A DNA stretch of 36,250 nt from a virus. Its lineage: Duplodnaviria; Caudoviricetes. Below, in pieces: positions 1-8,130 of the stretch; position 1 is the first letter of the stretch, and each line of letters opens with the position of its first letter. The notes under the pieces were generated by a model. The model ran no database searches and was not told the origin of the DNA. It saw only the letters and a program-made list of their open reading frames with translations. Where the stretch lies: IMG/VR virus record IMGVR_UViG_3300047390_000028, positions 1 to 36,250 of that record; one strand, written 5' to 3'. The position numbers were made by a program, and so were the translations under genes.

Positions 1-152
1 CGCATAGCCTCTGCACCACCCTCAGCAAAAGCAATGGTGTCAGCCGCAGGGAAGAAGATGCCGGTGTTGGCGTCAGTGCCTCTGAGCGCGGGGGCGGCTG
101 CTGTGCCGTCAACATCAGAAAGGCCGTTTGTGCCGTCTAAAATTAAGCTCAT
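1..152 (-). CDS. 5' part of a short tail-fibre/adhesin-like protein (runs off window start)
   Basis: Not in ORF track. ATG at 152 overlaps the TGA of the 581-aa gene (ATGA). Reads MSLILDGTNGLSDVDGTAAAPALRGTDANTGIFFPAADTIAFAEGGAEAM..., typical of phage fibre N-termini. Confidence 0.7.
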   Translation of the reverse strand, partial: MSLILDGTNGLSDVDGTAAAPALRGTDANTGIFFPAADTIAFAEGGAEAM

Positions 153-1894
153 AAAACCACCCATCTTGAACCCGAAGGTACTGTTACTGTTACCCCACCT
201 GACACGCTCATTGGCCCTGCGCTCATGGCGCTGCTTCCGCTTGGGATGCTGTAGCTTGTTGCCACGGTATTGGAATTGACTACCAAGCCGTTGGAGGCCA
301 CTAACGCAGTGGCTTGCAATTCGCCAGTGCTTGGCTTGTACAAGTACTTAGGGTCGCTGGTGTAGATTGTTGTTGGCGTTCCGCTAGTGACCGCAGCAAA
401 AAGAGGGTAGAGATTGCTCGCCGTGGTGGTGTCGTTGCTGATTGTTGCGCCAGCCGTTCCGTTGGATGCCGCAGTGATCAGACCCTTGGCATTGACCGTG
501 ATGTTTGCCGCAGTGAACGATCCCACATTGGAGTTAACAGTCGCCAGTGTGCCAGCAGCAGTGACATTGGTTGATCCATCAAAAGAGGGGCTGGTGTAGG
601 TCAGATCACCTGTAACGGCAATCGTGCGGCCTGTAGTTAGGGTGGCTGCGCTGCCGGTGGTGCTTTGGTTTAGCGTAGGGATGTCAGCCGCAACAACAGC
701 GCGGAATGTCGGTACACCAGCAGACCCGTTAGGTGCAGCCAAAACAAAGTTGGCCGTTTTGCTAGCGTAAGGGTTGAGCGTGTCGCCGTAGCCAGAGGCC
801 AAGCTGATTGCAGGGGTTGTACCTCCGCTTGACGCAACAGGTGATGTTCCGGTGACTGAGGTAACAGTGCCTACAAACTGGTCAGCAGATGAAATCGTAA
901 AGTTAGGGTAAGTACCAGTGATCGTGGTTGTGCCGCCTTGGGTCAAGGCAACAGTCTGATCCGGTGCTGTATTGGTGATGGTTAACGTGCCAGAAGTTGT
1001 GATCGGGCTACCCGAAACACTGATGCCCGTGCCACCCGTAGCCGCCACACTGGTGACTGTTCCAGACCCACCGCTTGCGTTAATTGTCTGATTAGGCCAA
1101 CTGCCTGTGATCGAGGTGATGTTTGTTCCAGCTACCAAGCTAGGGGTTGCTGTACCTGTACCACCACTAGCCACCGCAAGAGTCCCGCCCAAGGTAATCG
1201 TGCCGGTTGTGGTGATTGGCCCACCGCTTGTTGTTAGACCGGTAGTGCCGCCCGATACAGCGACACTTGTCACTGTTCCTGTTCCAGCGCTGACATTGAC
1301 GGTGACATCATCACCAGAGGCAGTCGCGGTAACAGTCGCGCCAACGAAGTTGATGTTCTTCACACCCGTGGAGATTGAGCTACCCTCGTCTTTAATGCCT
1401 ACCGCTCCGTTGGTCGACATGGTGCTGATAACTTGTATCTTTTGAGCCAAGTCGGGAGATACAACCTCACCCACATTGATCTCTTGCCCAGTAGACAAAG
1501 TAATGATCAAGCTGCCATCAAAGTCAATCTTGGCGTCCGTGACAGAAACGCCATCTTGACCATCTACACCATTTATGCCGTTCAGCCCATCAATGCCGCG
1601 AGGGCCTGGCAACCCATCACGACCTGGCCTTCCGTCTTTGCCAGCTTTGCCGTCTATGCCGTTGCGCCCGTCTCGACCATCTTTGATGCTGGCGACCCGT
1701 TTCTCAATCGCTTTGCCGGTTTCATCGTACCGCGCCCGAATATCGGACTCCATCTTCTTGAGGGCTTGCAGCACCAGATTGACATTGGCCGCAATCTTTT
1801 GTTTTTGGACTTCTTTGCTCTCAGCAATCGACTTGTGGATTGACTCAAGCGCCGCTAGCTTGTCATCGTCAGACATTGAATCGAGATCAATCAT
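149..1894 (-). CDS. Collagen-repeat fibre protein (tail or head fibre)
   Basis: N-terminal coiled coil, Gly-X-Y run (GRDGRNGIDGKAGKDGRPGRDGLPGPRGIDGLNGINGVDGQDG), repeated GTVTSV Thr/Gly/Ser-rich modules, C-terminal VTVPSGSRWVVL; directly downstream of portal. Confidence 0.8.
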   Translation of the reverse strand: MIDLDSMSDDDKLAALESIHKSIAESKEVQKQKIAANVNLVLQALKKMESDIRARYDETGKAIEKRVASIKDGRDGRNGIDGKAGKDGRPGRDGLPGPRGIDGLNGINGVDGQDGVSVTDAKIDFDGSLIITLSTGQEINVGEVVSPDLAQKIQVISTMSTNGAVGIKDEGSSISTGVKNINFVGATVTATASGDDVTVNVSAGTGTVTSVAVSGGTTGLTTSGGPITTTGTITLGGTLAVASGGTGTATPSLVAGTNITSITGSWPNQTINASGGSGTVTSVAATGGTGISVSGSPITTSGTLTITNTAPDQTVALTQGGTTTITGTYPNFTISSADQFVGTVTSVTGTSPVASSGGTTPAISLASGYGDTLNPYASKTANFVLAAPNGSAGVPTFRAVVAADIPTLNQSTTGSAATLTTGRTIAVTGDLTYTSPSFDGSTNVTAAGTLATVNSNVGSFTAANITVNAKGLITAASNGTAGATISNDTTTASNLYPLFAAVTSGTPTTIYTSDPKYLYKPSTGELQATALVASNGLVVNSNTVATSYSIPSGSSAMSAGPMSVSGGVTVTVPSGSRWVVL

Positions 1895-3909
1895 TTCAAT
1901 GCTCCCGACAGTTGATCAAGGAACTCGTTCTCGACTGAGCGCAAATTCTCTTGTTTGTTTGCCATCTGCAACTCAACGATCTTGGATTTGTTCTTGATGT
2001 CCGCCTCTTTGAGCATCAACTCAGCAATCTTGACCCGTTTGTCAAACTCTTTGGCTTCGTTGTCATCTGGCAGATTTTTTGTCAGCGCCGCCATAGTCTT
2101 GGCTTGCGATTCTTGCGGCATAAGCTGCGTTTCAACTGCCAACTTCTGCGCCTCTGCCCGATTTTGCTCTGCTTGCGTAGTCTGCACCGCAATCTGAGCC
2201 TGTGCTGCTTGCAGTGCCAACTGTTGCTGGGCTTGCTCCAACTGTTGTGCCTCTGGGTTAGGCTGGCTCATCTGATCGAGTGCCGCAATCATTTCATACC
2301 TGTTAGATAGGCTGGAGTTGGCAAAGATGCCTTTCAGAATGATCGGCAACACCGGTGTATTCGGGCCAAGAGTCTGCAATAGACCCACAAACTGCTGCTG
2401 CTCGTACTCTCTTGCGATAATTCCAAGCGTAGCCGTCGGTATGAACTTCATGTCCACCGATGGATAGCGCTCTGGGTCGAACTGCATGTACCTGAACGCC
2501 GCTTTTTGGATGAACGGGATCAAGAAATCCTCTTGAAAGTTCACCAGTGTGCGTTTGTACTTCTTGATGATCGTAGCCACTGCCATTGACATGCCAGCGC
2601 CGTCCCGATTACCTTGGCTGACCATGCCCTGACCATCCATCGTGCCGGTGGCTTGCAAAAGCATCCTCTCAAACTCTTTGGCCGTGTTCAGGTTGTTGAG
2701 ACTTGTCTCGCCAAATTTAAACGGATAGAGAATTTCAGCAGGGTTGCCGTTGACCAAGAACGCTTTGCCAGGTTTTACCTCAAACTTAGCGCCCCTTGGA
2801 AGGCGGGAAGCGTCCAAACCGATCATTGGTGAGGTAGTCAAAGCAAGTGAATCCAGATGGCTACGCACTTGCGCGTCAATCGCCTTCTGCATGTTGTAGG
2901 ATTTCTCAACCGTCCCTCGACCCAACAGCCGATTCGGAACGGTATCGTCCTGATACGACAGAACTGGCCGGTCTTTCATCATGTACGGGTTTTCTTCTGC
3001 TTTTAGCAGCAAACCCTCGTTGGCAATCACGACAATGGCTTCTACCATGTTTGAGTAATCGTCAGCAACCGAGTCTTCGGGAAATAATTCTTCTATTTCC
3101 TCGTCCTTTTCGGTCAAGTACTCCCTTGGCACAAGGCCGTAGTACGTCAGCAGCCGCACTTTTCCGTCTCTGTACTGGCTAACCTCTTGAGTTGGCTCAA
3201 GATCAGTGTCTTCGTCACCAGTGGTGATGTTTACCTTGCGGTAGATGCCCTTCTCAATCCCCTCAACCACCTTGTGGATGCTGACAAACTTCTCAATCGC
3301 CACCCCCATGCAGTCATCAATAGATGTCCCGTTGGGGTCGAACAAGAAATTCTTAGGGTTGACAGGAGTAATCTTTACCGCAATGCGGCTTTTTTCCACC
3401 ACACCAATGGCAGCTTGACCCATCTGGCCTGGAATCGGCTGGGTGGCTGGTTCAAAGATTTTCTCGGTCTTCACCACGATCTCGCCAATGCCAGTGCCAT
3501 AGATTTCAGCCATCAACTCGATCTGGTCGATAGCTTTTCTGATTTTGTCTTGCTTAAAGTCTTCCATCAACTGGGCTTTAAGCGCCTCGACATCAAGCGG
3601 GTTGCCGTTGACGTCTTTAAGATCGTCCTCAATATCAAAGAACTCGCCCTGACCAAAGATCGCTTCCATGATCTCAGCGTGTCGAGTCTCCACCGCTTGC
3701 TGGGTGGCTGGGGTCACAATTCTGCTACGCTCAGACTCTCGCGTTTTGTCCTCCGCAGCCCATTCGCCACGGAAAATGCGCTCGTATTCTAGGTAGTCGG
3801 GAAGATAGTTGGTGTCGCGCCAGTCGCGCCAGCGGTCACAGTGGTCAATGACAAAGGAGGTTAGCTCTTTGTCGTTCTCTGTTGGTTCGTCGAACTCATT
3901 TTGATCCAT
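1891..3909 (-). CDS. Portal protein (P22-like, Gln-rich C-terminal barrel)
   Basis: 672 aa following terL; acidic, with C-terminal Q/A-rich coiled coil typical of podovirus portals. Confidence 0.88.
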   Translation of the reverse strand: MDQNEFDEPTENDKELTSFVIDHCDRWRDWRDTNYLPDYLEYERIFRGEWAAEDKTRESERSRIVTPATQQAVETRHAEIMEAIFGQGEFFDIEDDLKDVNGNPLDVEALKAQLMEDFKQDKIRKAIDQIELMAEIYGTGIGEIVVKTEKIFEPATQPIPGQMGQAAIGVVEKSRIAVKITPVNPKNFLFDPNGTSIDDCMGVAIEKFVSIHKVVEGIEKGIYRKVNITTGDEDTDLEPTQEVSQYRDGKVRLLTYYGLVPREYLTEKDEEIEELFPEDSVADDYSNMVEAIVVIANEGLLLKAEENPYMMKDRPVLSYQDDTVPNRLLGRGTVEKSYNMQKAIDAQVRSHLDSLALTTSPMIGLDASRLPRGAKFEVKPGKAFLVNGNPAEILYPFKFGETSLNNLNTAKEFERMLLQATGTMDGQGMVSQGNRDGAGMSMAVATIIKKYKRTLVNFQEDFLIPFIQKAAFRYMQFDPERYPSVDMKFIPTATLGIIAREYEQQQFVGLLQTLGPNTPVLPIILKGIFANSSLSNRYEMIAALDQMSQPNPEAQQLEQAQQQLALQAAQAQIAVQTTQAEQNRAEAQKLAVETQLMPQESQAKTMAALTKNLPDDNEAKEFDKRVKIAELMLKEADIKNKSKIVELQMANKQENLRSVENEFLDQLSGALK

Positions 3910-3910
3910 G

Positions 3911-5170
3911 CTAGACCCCGCTTATTACGTCCATCGGCTCCCACGCATCGTCATCGTCTTGCTCAAAGTAGCTTGTCACGGCCAGTTGGTCGATATATGA
4001 CAGCGCATCCGGCAAGTCATCATGCACACCCTGCGAGGGAAACATCAGAAGCTGGTCAGTAAAGTCTGCCCAGTCTTCTTCGCTGTTCAGGATGACTCGG
4101 CCATGCTCGAATCTCCCCTGCAACGACCAGATGATTCTATCTGTTTTCTTGCGATTGCCGTGGGTTAAATCAACAATGTGGCTGTAGACATTGTTTTTTC
4201 TCATCAAATCGCTGAGATACGGCAGAACAGCGTTCTTCAGCGCCCCCCTCTCAATGCCGATACTCAAAGGCCGGTATTCCCGCATCGCCATCAGAATCTT
4301 GGAGGCTGTCTCACGAATATCCCACCTACCGTGTTCAATAGCCTTGACAAACCACTTGCCATCGTCCGTTACCTTCACAACCGCAATAGCCGACTCATCC
4401 AGCCTTTTCTTGGCATTCGCCGCTTGTTTGGCAACTTCCTCAAAGCCAGCCAAGTCAACCGCCACGAAGTAGCTTCCGTGTTCAGGCTCGACCCCGTATT
4501 TGATCCACTCCTCTTTGAAGACATCTGCCCCAGCGTTGGAGAAGGATGCCATGTATTCTTGCTTAAACGAGAAGGAGGATAGGGTCTTCTTGGCTGACTC
4601 AATCTCCGTCGGGTCGATCAGGGGGTTGTCGGCAGTGGTGAAGTGCCATGACTTCCAGTCCGCGTCCTGCTCATCTTGCCCCAGCTTCCACAGGTCATAG
4701 AACCAGTTGCGCCCCTTTGGCGTGCCGATAAACATTGCCCGACCCTTACGGTCTGACAGGGACGCCCTGATAACCTGTTCCCAAGCCTCGGGCTTGATGT
4801 CAGCCACCTCGTCCAGAACGGCATAGGTCAAGGAGACTCCACGCAGGGTATCTGGTCTGTCAGCGCCACGGACGTATATACGCGCCCCGTTGATCAGGGT
4901 TATGTCTAGGTTATTGACATGACTGGATTGGATGACCTCCCGCCCCAGATCAAGCAGCAAGTCCCAGATGATCTGTCTGGACTGCCCCATTGTTGGGGAC
5001 ACATACAAGACCGCCGAGCCTTGTGGACAGCGCAATCCCTCAATAATGAGCGTAGTGGCGGCCAAACGAGACTTGCCACACCGCCGTCCAGCAGCAATGA
5101 CTTTAAACCGAGTCGGGTCTGTATAGACCTCTTGTTGCCAAGGTAAGAGAGAGAAGTTGAGATCAGACAT
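3911..5170 (-). CDS. terL: Terminase large subunit
   Basis: Walker A GRRCGKS, Walker B AVLDE, coupling motif GTP, RNase H-like nuclease motifs VAVDLA and HDDLPDAL. Confidence 0.95.
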   Translation of the reverse strand: MSDLNFSLLPWQQEVYTDPTRFKVIAAGRRCGKSRLAATTLIIEGLRCPQGSAVLYVSPTMGQSRQIIWDLLLDLGREVIQSSHVNNLDITLINGARIYVRGADRPDTLRGVSLTYAVLDEVADIKPEAWEQVIRASLSDRKGRAMFIGTPKGRNWFYDLWKLGQDEQDADWKSWHFTTADNPLIDPTEIESAKKTLSSFSFKQEYMASFSNAGADVFKEEWIKYGVEPEHGSYFVAVDLAGFEEVAKQAANAKKRLDESAIAVVKVTDDGKWFVKAIEHGRWDIRETASKILMAMREYRPLSIGIERGALKNAVLPYLSDLMRKNNVYSHIVDLTHGNRKKTDRIIWSLQGRFEHGRVILNSEEDWADFTDQLLMFPSQGVHDDLPDALSYIDQLAVTSYFEQDDDDAWEPMDVISGV

Positions 5171-5501
5171 CCGTAATATCCTCTACAAGCGGTGCTGGCG
5201 CTCCCAGACCCGTGATGTTGATCGTCACTGCGCTGCGCTGAGACTTGTCCTTTTCAAACATGCTGACTGGCAGCGTCCTGTCCATGCACATCTTGAGCGC
5301 GGCCATCTGGCCTGGGTGTTCGTCGTTGAGCGCGATCTGGATTACCTTTTCGGCCACGTCCTTGCCGCCAGATCGGATCATCAACTCTTTTAATTCCTTG
5401 ATGCGCTGGTGATCTGTCTTCGGTAGCGTTGCTGGCGGGTTGTCAGCGTAACGCTGGATTGTCATCTTGATCGGCCGTCCGCGTTTTTTTGGTTCACTCA
5501 C
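5163..5501 (-). CDS. Putative terminase small subunit
   Basis: 112 aa immediately upstream of and overlapping terL; N-terminal KKRGRP; GTG start with AAGGA upstream. Mostly positional evidence. Confidence 0.65.
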   Translation of the reverse strand: MSEPKKRGRPIKMTIQRYADNPPATLPKTDHQRIKELKELMIRSGGKDVAEKVIQIALNDEHPGQMAALKMCMDRTLPVSMFEKDKSQRSAVTINITGLGAPAPLVEDITDV

Positions 5502-5527
5502 TTTTATCCTTTCGGGAAGTTGACGCG

Positions 5528-5551
5528 ATTGTAGGTCAAATAGTCATTTTT
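5528..5551 (-). promoter_or_regulatory. Putative late promoter (-10 TACAAT) with a TGACTA-repeat site in its spacer
   Basis: Minus strand AAAAATGACTATTTGACC-TACAAT upstream of terS; no good -35. Confidence 0.45.
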
Positions 5552-5601
5552 CTTTTTTCAGAGGGTAGGCGGCTCCCGTAATTTTTTGTCTTAAGCCAGT
5601 A

Positions 5602-5689
5602 CCCCTCCCCCCCCATGCTTGCGGCCACATGGCTAGCAAGCCGGCCGGCCACATGGCCGGCGGCCAAGCGCCACATGGCCGGCGGCCAA
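5602..5689. repeat. C-tract plus GC-rich direct repeats
   Basis: CCCCTCCCCCCCC at 5602-5614; GCCACATGGC at 5624, 5648 and 5670; 20-bp GCCACATGGCCGGCGGCCAA at 5648-5667 and 5670-5689. Confidence 0.85.
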
Positions 5690-5747
5690 AAGCTCGAAGC
5701 AAAAAGCGTAAGAGCTTGCGGGTGCTTTATGCCAGTACCAGGAGGGC

Positions 5748-5969
5748 TTACAAATCTAACTGCGAATCATTCTCATTAGCAATTAATATCCATTCGCTAA
5801 CATTGTCACCAGGGCGAAACCCTGCATTGTGCAGCGCAGCATAAATCGCCAGCATATCCCGGAAACCCTGCGACAAGTCACCGGCGCCCGCAGCTAGCAA
5901 GATAGCGCGCTCGTCATCCTTAAGCCGGCGGAAAAAATTAACGGTATCGATTTTGCAGGGTCTAGCCAT
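5748..5969 (-). CDS. Small hypothetical protein, possible DNA-binding regulator
   Basis: 73 aa MARPCKIDTVNFFRRLKDDERAILLAAG...; MARP plus strand-helix-helix pattern reminiscent of ribbon-helix-helix proteins; TATGAT -10 six nt before ATG. Confidence 0.55.
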   Translation of the reverse strand: MARPCKIDTVNFFRRLKDDERAILLAAGAGDLSQGFRDMLAIYAALHNAGFRPGDNVSEWILIANENDSQLDL

Positions 5970-5980
5970 GGCCGCATCAT

Positions 5981-6259
5981 ATAGTCATTCGATAGTCATG
6001 GATAGTCATTGCCATGACTATACGCAAAGCCAGCATTGGCGCGGCCTGCAGCCGACATTAGTCAAATAGTCATTTTTTTGGGCGCTGCCTGGCGCCCACA
6101 ACATTCCCGGCCAATTCACCTATATTTTAAATTTTATTGATAGAGTCTAGAAAAAAATGACTATTTGACTAAACAGGCTGGAAACCCGCATAAACAAAGG
6201 CCGCGCGCATAGTCATGCAAATGACTATCCATGACTAAACATGACTATTTTTTGACTAA
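5981..6259. repeat. Mirror-symmetric iteron-like array, candidate replication origin
   Basis: 13 copies of TAGTCA/TGACTA in two inverted ~100 bp arms; perfect 22-bp inverted repeat at 6058-6079 and 6151-6172 flanking a GC hairpin and an AT-rich stretch. Confidence 0.8.
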
Positions 6260-6288
6260 ACCTAGGGAAAACCCCTAGAAAATAGGCG

Positions 6289-6317
6289 TTGACAAGTGCA
6301 AAACAATCCCTTACATT
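6289..6317 (+). promoter_or_regulatory. Sigma70-type early promoter
   Basis: TTGACA (6289-6294), 17 bp spacer, TACATT (6312-6317), upstream of AGGAG RBS and ATG 6351. Confidence 0.7.
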
Positions 6318-6350
6318 GGATACATCAACAACCAACCAGGAGACAACGAC

Positions 6351-6539
6351 ATGACCAAAGCAGAAACCCGCGAAGCAAACCAGGCCATTGCATACGGCCG
6401 CACATTAGGCGCCGACTACATGGCGCGCGCATTGTCCAGCCTGATCCGCTCAGCACGCACAGCCAAAAGCCGCGACGCGCTGATCCTGATTGCGGCCGGA
6501 TATCCGGCTGTAACGCAAAGCCCTGAATTCATTATTTAA
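6351..6539 (+). CDS. Early hypothetical protein
   Basis: 62-aa ORF with AGGAG RBS, first gene after the promoter. Confidence 0.75.
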   Translation: MTKAETREANQAIAYGRTLGADYMARALSSLIRSARTAKSRDALILIAAGYPAVTQSPEFII

Positions 6540-6586
6540 ACCAAAGGCCGGCGCCAGCCGGCCGCTATCAACCAGGAGACAACGAC

Positions 6587-6781
6587 ATGACCGATATAAA
6601 AACCCTCGAAGCCTACGCGATGCAGCACTACGAAGCCGGCGGGCATTGGATTGTAGAAACCTACGGCGCGGCCGATTATCAGGCCGTGCTTGACGAAGCC
6701 GGCGGCGATATCGACGCCGCAAAAGCCGCGCTCAAAAAAGCGTGGCTTTCCTTAGTGGCGCAAGAGCGCGAATGCTACTAA
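6587..6781 (+). CDS. Early hypothetical protein
   Basis: 64-aa ORF with AGGAG RBS (YAMQHYEAGGHWIVETY). Confidence 0.75.
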   Translation: MTDIKTLEAYAMQHYEAGGHWIVETYGAADYQAVLDEAGGDIDAAKAALKKAWLSLVAQERECY

Positions 6782-6802
6782 ACCAACCAAAGGACCGACA
6801 AC

Positions 6803-6931
6803 ATGCAACGCAACATTTTCACCCGACGCGGCCGCTTAATGCTCGCTATCGTCAACACAGCCGGCGCGCTATTTTTCGTGGCTTGCTTGCTAGTGCTTAT
6901 GCTGGCTTATTTTGATGTACTGGTGAAATAA
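6803..6931 (+). CDS. Small membrane protein
   Basis: Not in track; AAGGA RBS; MQRNIFTRRGRLMLAIVNTAGALFFVACLLVLMLAYFDVLVK, one hydrophobic helix. Confidence 0.65.
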   Translation: MQRNIFTRRGRLMLAIVNTAGALFFVACLLVLMLAYFDVLVK

Positions 6932-6932
6932 C

Positions 6933-7679
6933 ATGAAAAACTTTTTAGGTTATATCGCATATGAGGGCCCGTCGATGATCGACGGCGCGCCCATTGTCGT
7001 TATCGTTAACAAAATCGACGGATCCGAAAATGCCAAAACCGGCGCCATTGTGCAGAGTTTTATCATTCGGTCCGATGTGGCGCCTACCGACGCACTGAAA
7101 ACCGGCGCCGACGCTAGCATATGTGGCACATGCGTGCACCGGCCGCTATTGGCTAAGGACAATGGCGCTGCGCCGTGTTATGTCAACGTCGGCCGTTCGG
7201 TCCGGGCAGTTTACGAGGCCTACAAGCGCGGCCGGTACACGTACGCGGACAACGCCACTATCGCCCGGGCTTTGGCCAGAAAAATTGTCCGGCTTGGCAC
7301 GTACGGGGACCCGGCGGCCGCGCCGGTCCAAATGTGGAATCAAATTACACGCTACGCGGCCGGCCGGCGCGGGTACACGCACCAATGGGACCGGCCAGGC
7401 TTCGACGCGGCCGCGTGGGCGCCGTTAGCTATGGCGTCGGCCGATTCTATCGACGAAGCTGCAAAAGCTAATTTACTAGGCATGCGGGTTTTCCGTGTAA
7501 GCATTGGCGTCGATAAGCAACCCGGGGAGACAATTTGCCCGGCGTCGGCCGAAGCCGGCCGCAAAGCCACATGCGCCAAGTGCACGCTATGCGCGGGCAC
7601 GTCGATACAGGCGCGCGACGTCGTTATAGCGGACCATGCTAGCGGGCATGCCCGGCGCGTTATCCGTATTGCAGCATGA
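6933..7679 (+). CDS. Cys-rich hypothetical protein, possibly Fe-S/radical-SAM-like (gp88-like)
   Basis: 248 aa; NAKTG, CGTC...CY, VRLGTYGD, GYTHQW, MASAD and C-terminal CPA...CAKCTLC motifs. Confidence 0.7.
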   Translation: MKNFLGYIAYEGPSMIDGAPIVVIVNKIDGSENAKTGAIVQSFIIRSDVAPTDALKTGADASICGTCVHRPLLAKDNGAAPCYVNVGRSVRAVYEAYKRGRYTYADNATIARALARKIVRLGTYGDPAAAPVQMWNQITRYAAGRRGYTHQWDRPGFDAAAWAPLAMASADSIDEAAKANLLGMRVFRVSIGVDKQPGETICPASAEAGRKATCAKCTLCAGTSIQARDVVIADHASGHARRVIRIAA

Positions 7680-7765
7680 TAAAAATTAAAACGACGCGCC
7701 CGGTTGGCGCGCGGATCGCAGACATCGGCGCCGGCGGGCGCGAATACAACATAAGGACTATAGAC

Positions 7766-7957
7766 ATGTCACACACAATTATTGACCGCGAATCCATCGC
7801 ATATATGCAGATGATCCGGGATCGCGCAGCATATAGGGAGGCGATAGAAAAAATTAAATCCGTTTTAGATGATCCGTCGCATGGTGCATACCATACCGAC
7901 ATTTGGGCTATGGTATGGAATGTTATTGATACGCTTGAATCAAAAAATAAACCATGA
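7766..7957 (+). CDS. Early hypothetical protein
   Basis: Track ORF 7676..7957; AAGGA RBS favours ATG 7766. Confidence 0.6.
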   Translation: MSHTIIDRESIAYMQMIRDRAAYREAIEKIKSVLDDPSHGAYHTDIWAMVWNVIDTLESKNKP

Positions 7958-8130
7958 ATAAGCTATTCCCCACAATCCCGGCCGGCGCACCGGTCCCGTG
8001 TTTTAACTGTAGCGGGCCATTGATTGATCAATCAACGGTCCCGGAACCCGCGCCAAAGCGTGGGCAGTGGCGCGCCTACTGCAAAGCGTGCGACATGTTT
8101 ACATTTTTTGATAAGGAAATTACAAAATGA
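7954..8130 (+). CDS. Small zinc-ribbon-like protein
   Basis: Not in track; 58 aa with CFNC and CKAC pairs; ATGA overlaps at both ends. Confidence 0.65.
   Translation: MNKLFPTIPAGAPVPCFNCSGPLIDQSTVPEPAPKRGQWRAYCKACDMFTFFDKEITK

Noticed and set aside
5981-6259. CRISPR array or transposon/MITE ends
   Set aside because: Repeats are 6-8 bp in both orientations with no unique 30-40 bp spacer series; no cas operon, transposase or target duplication.
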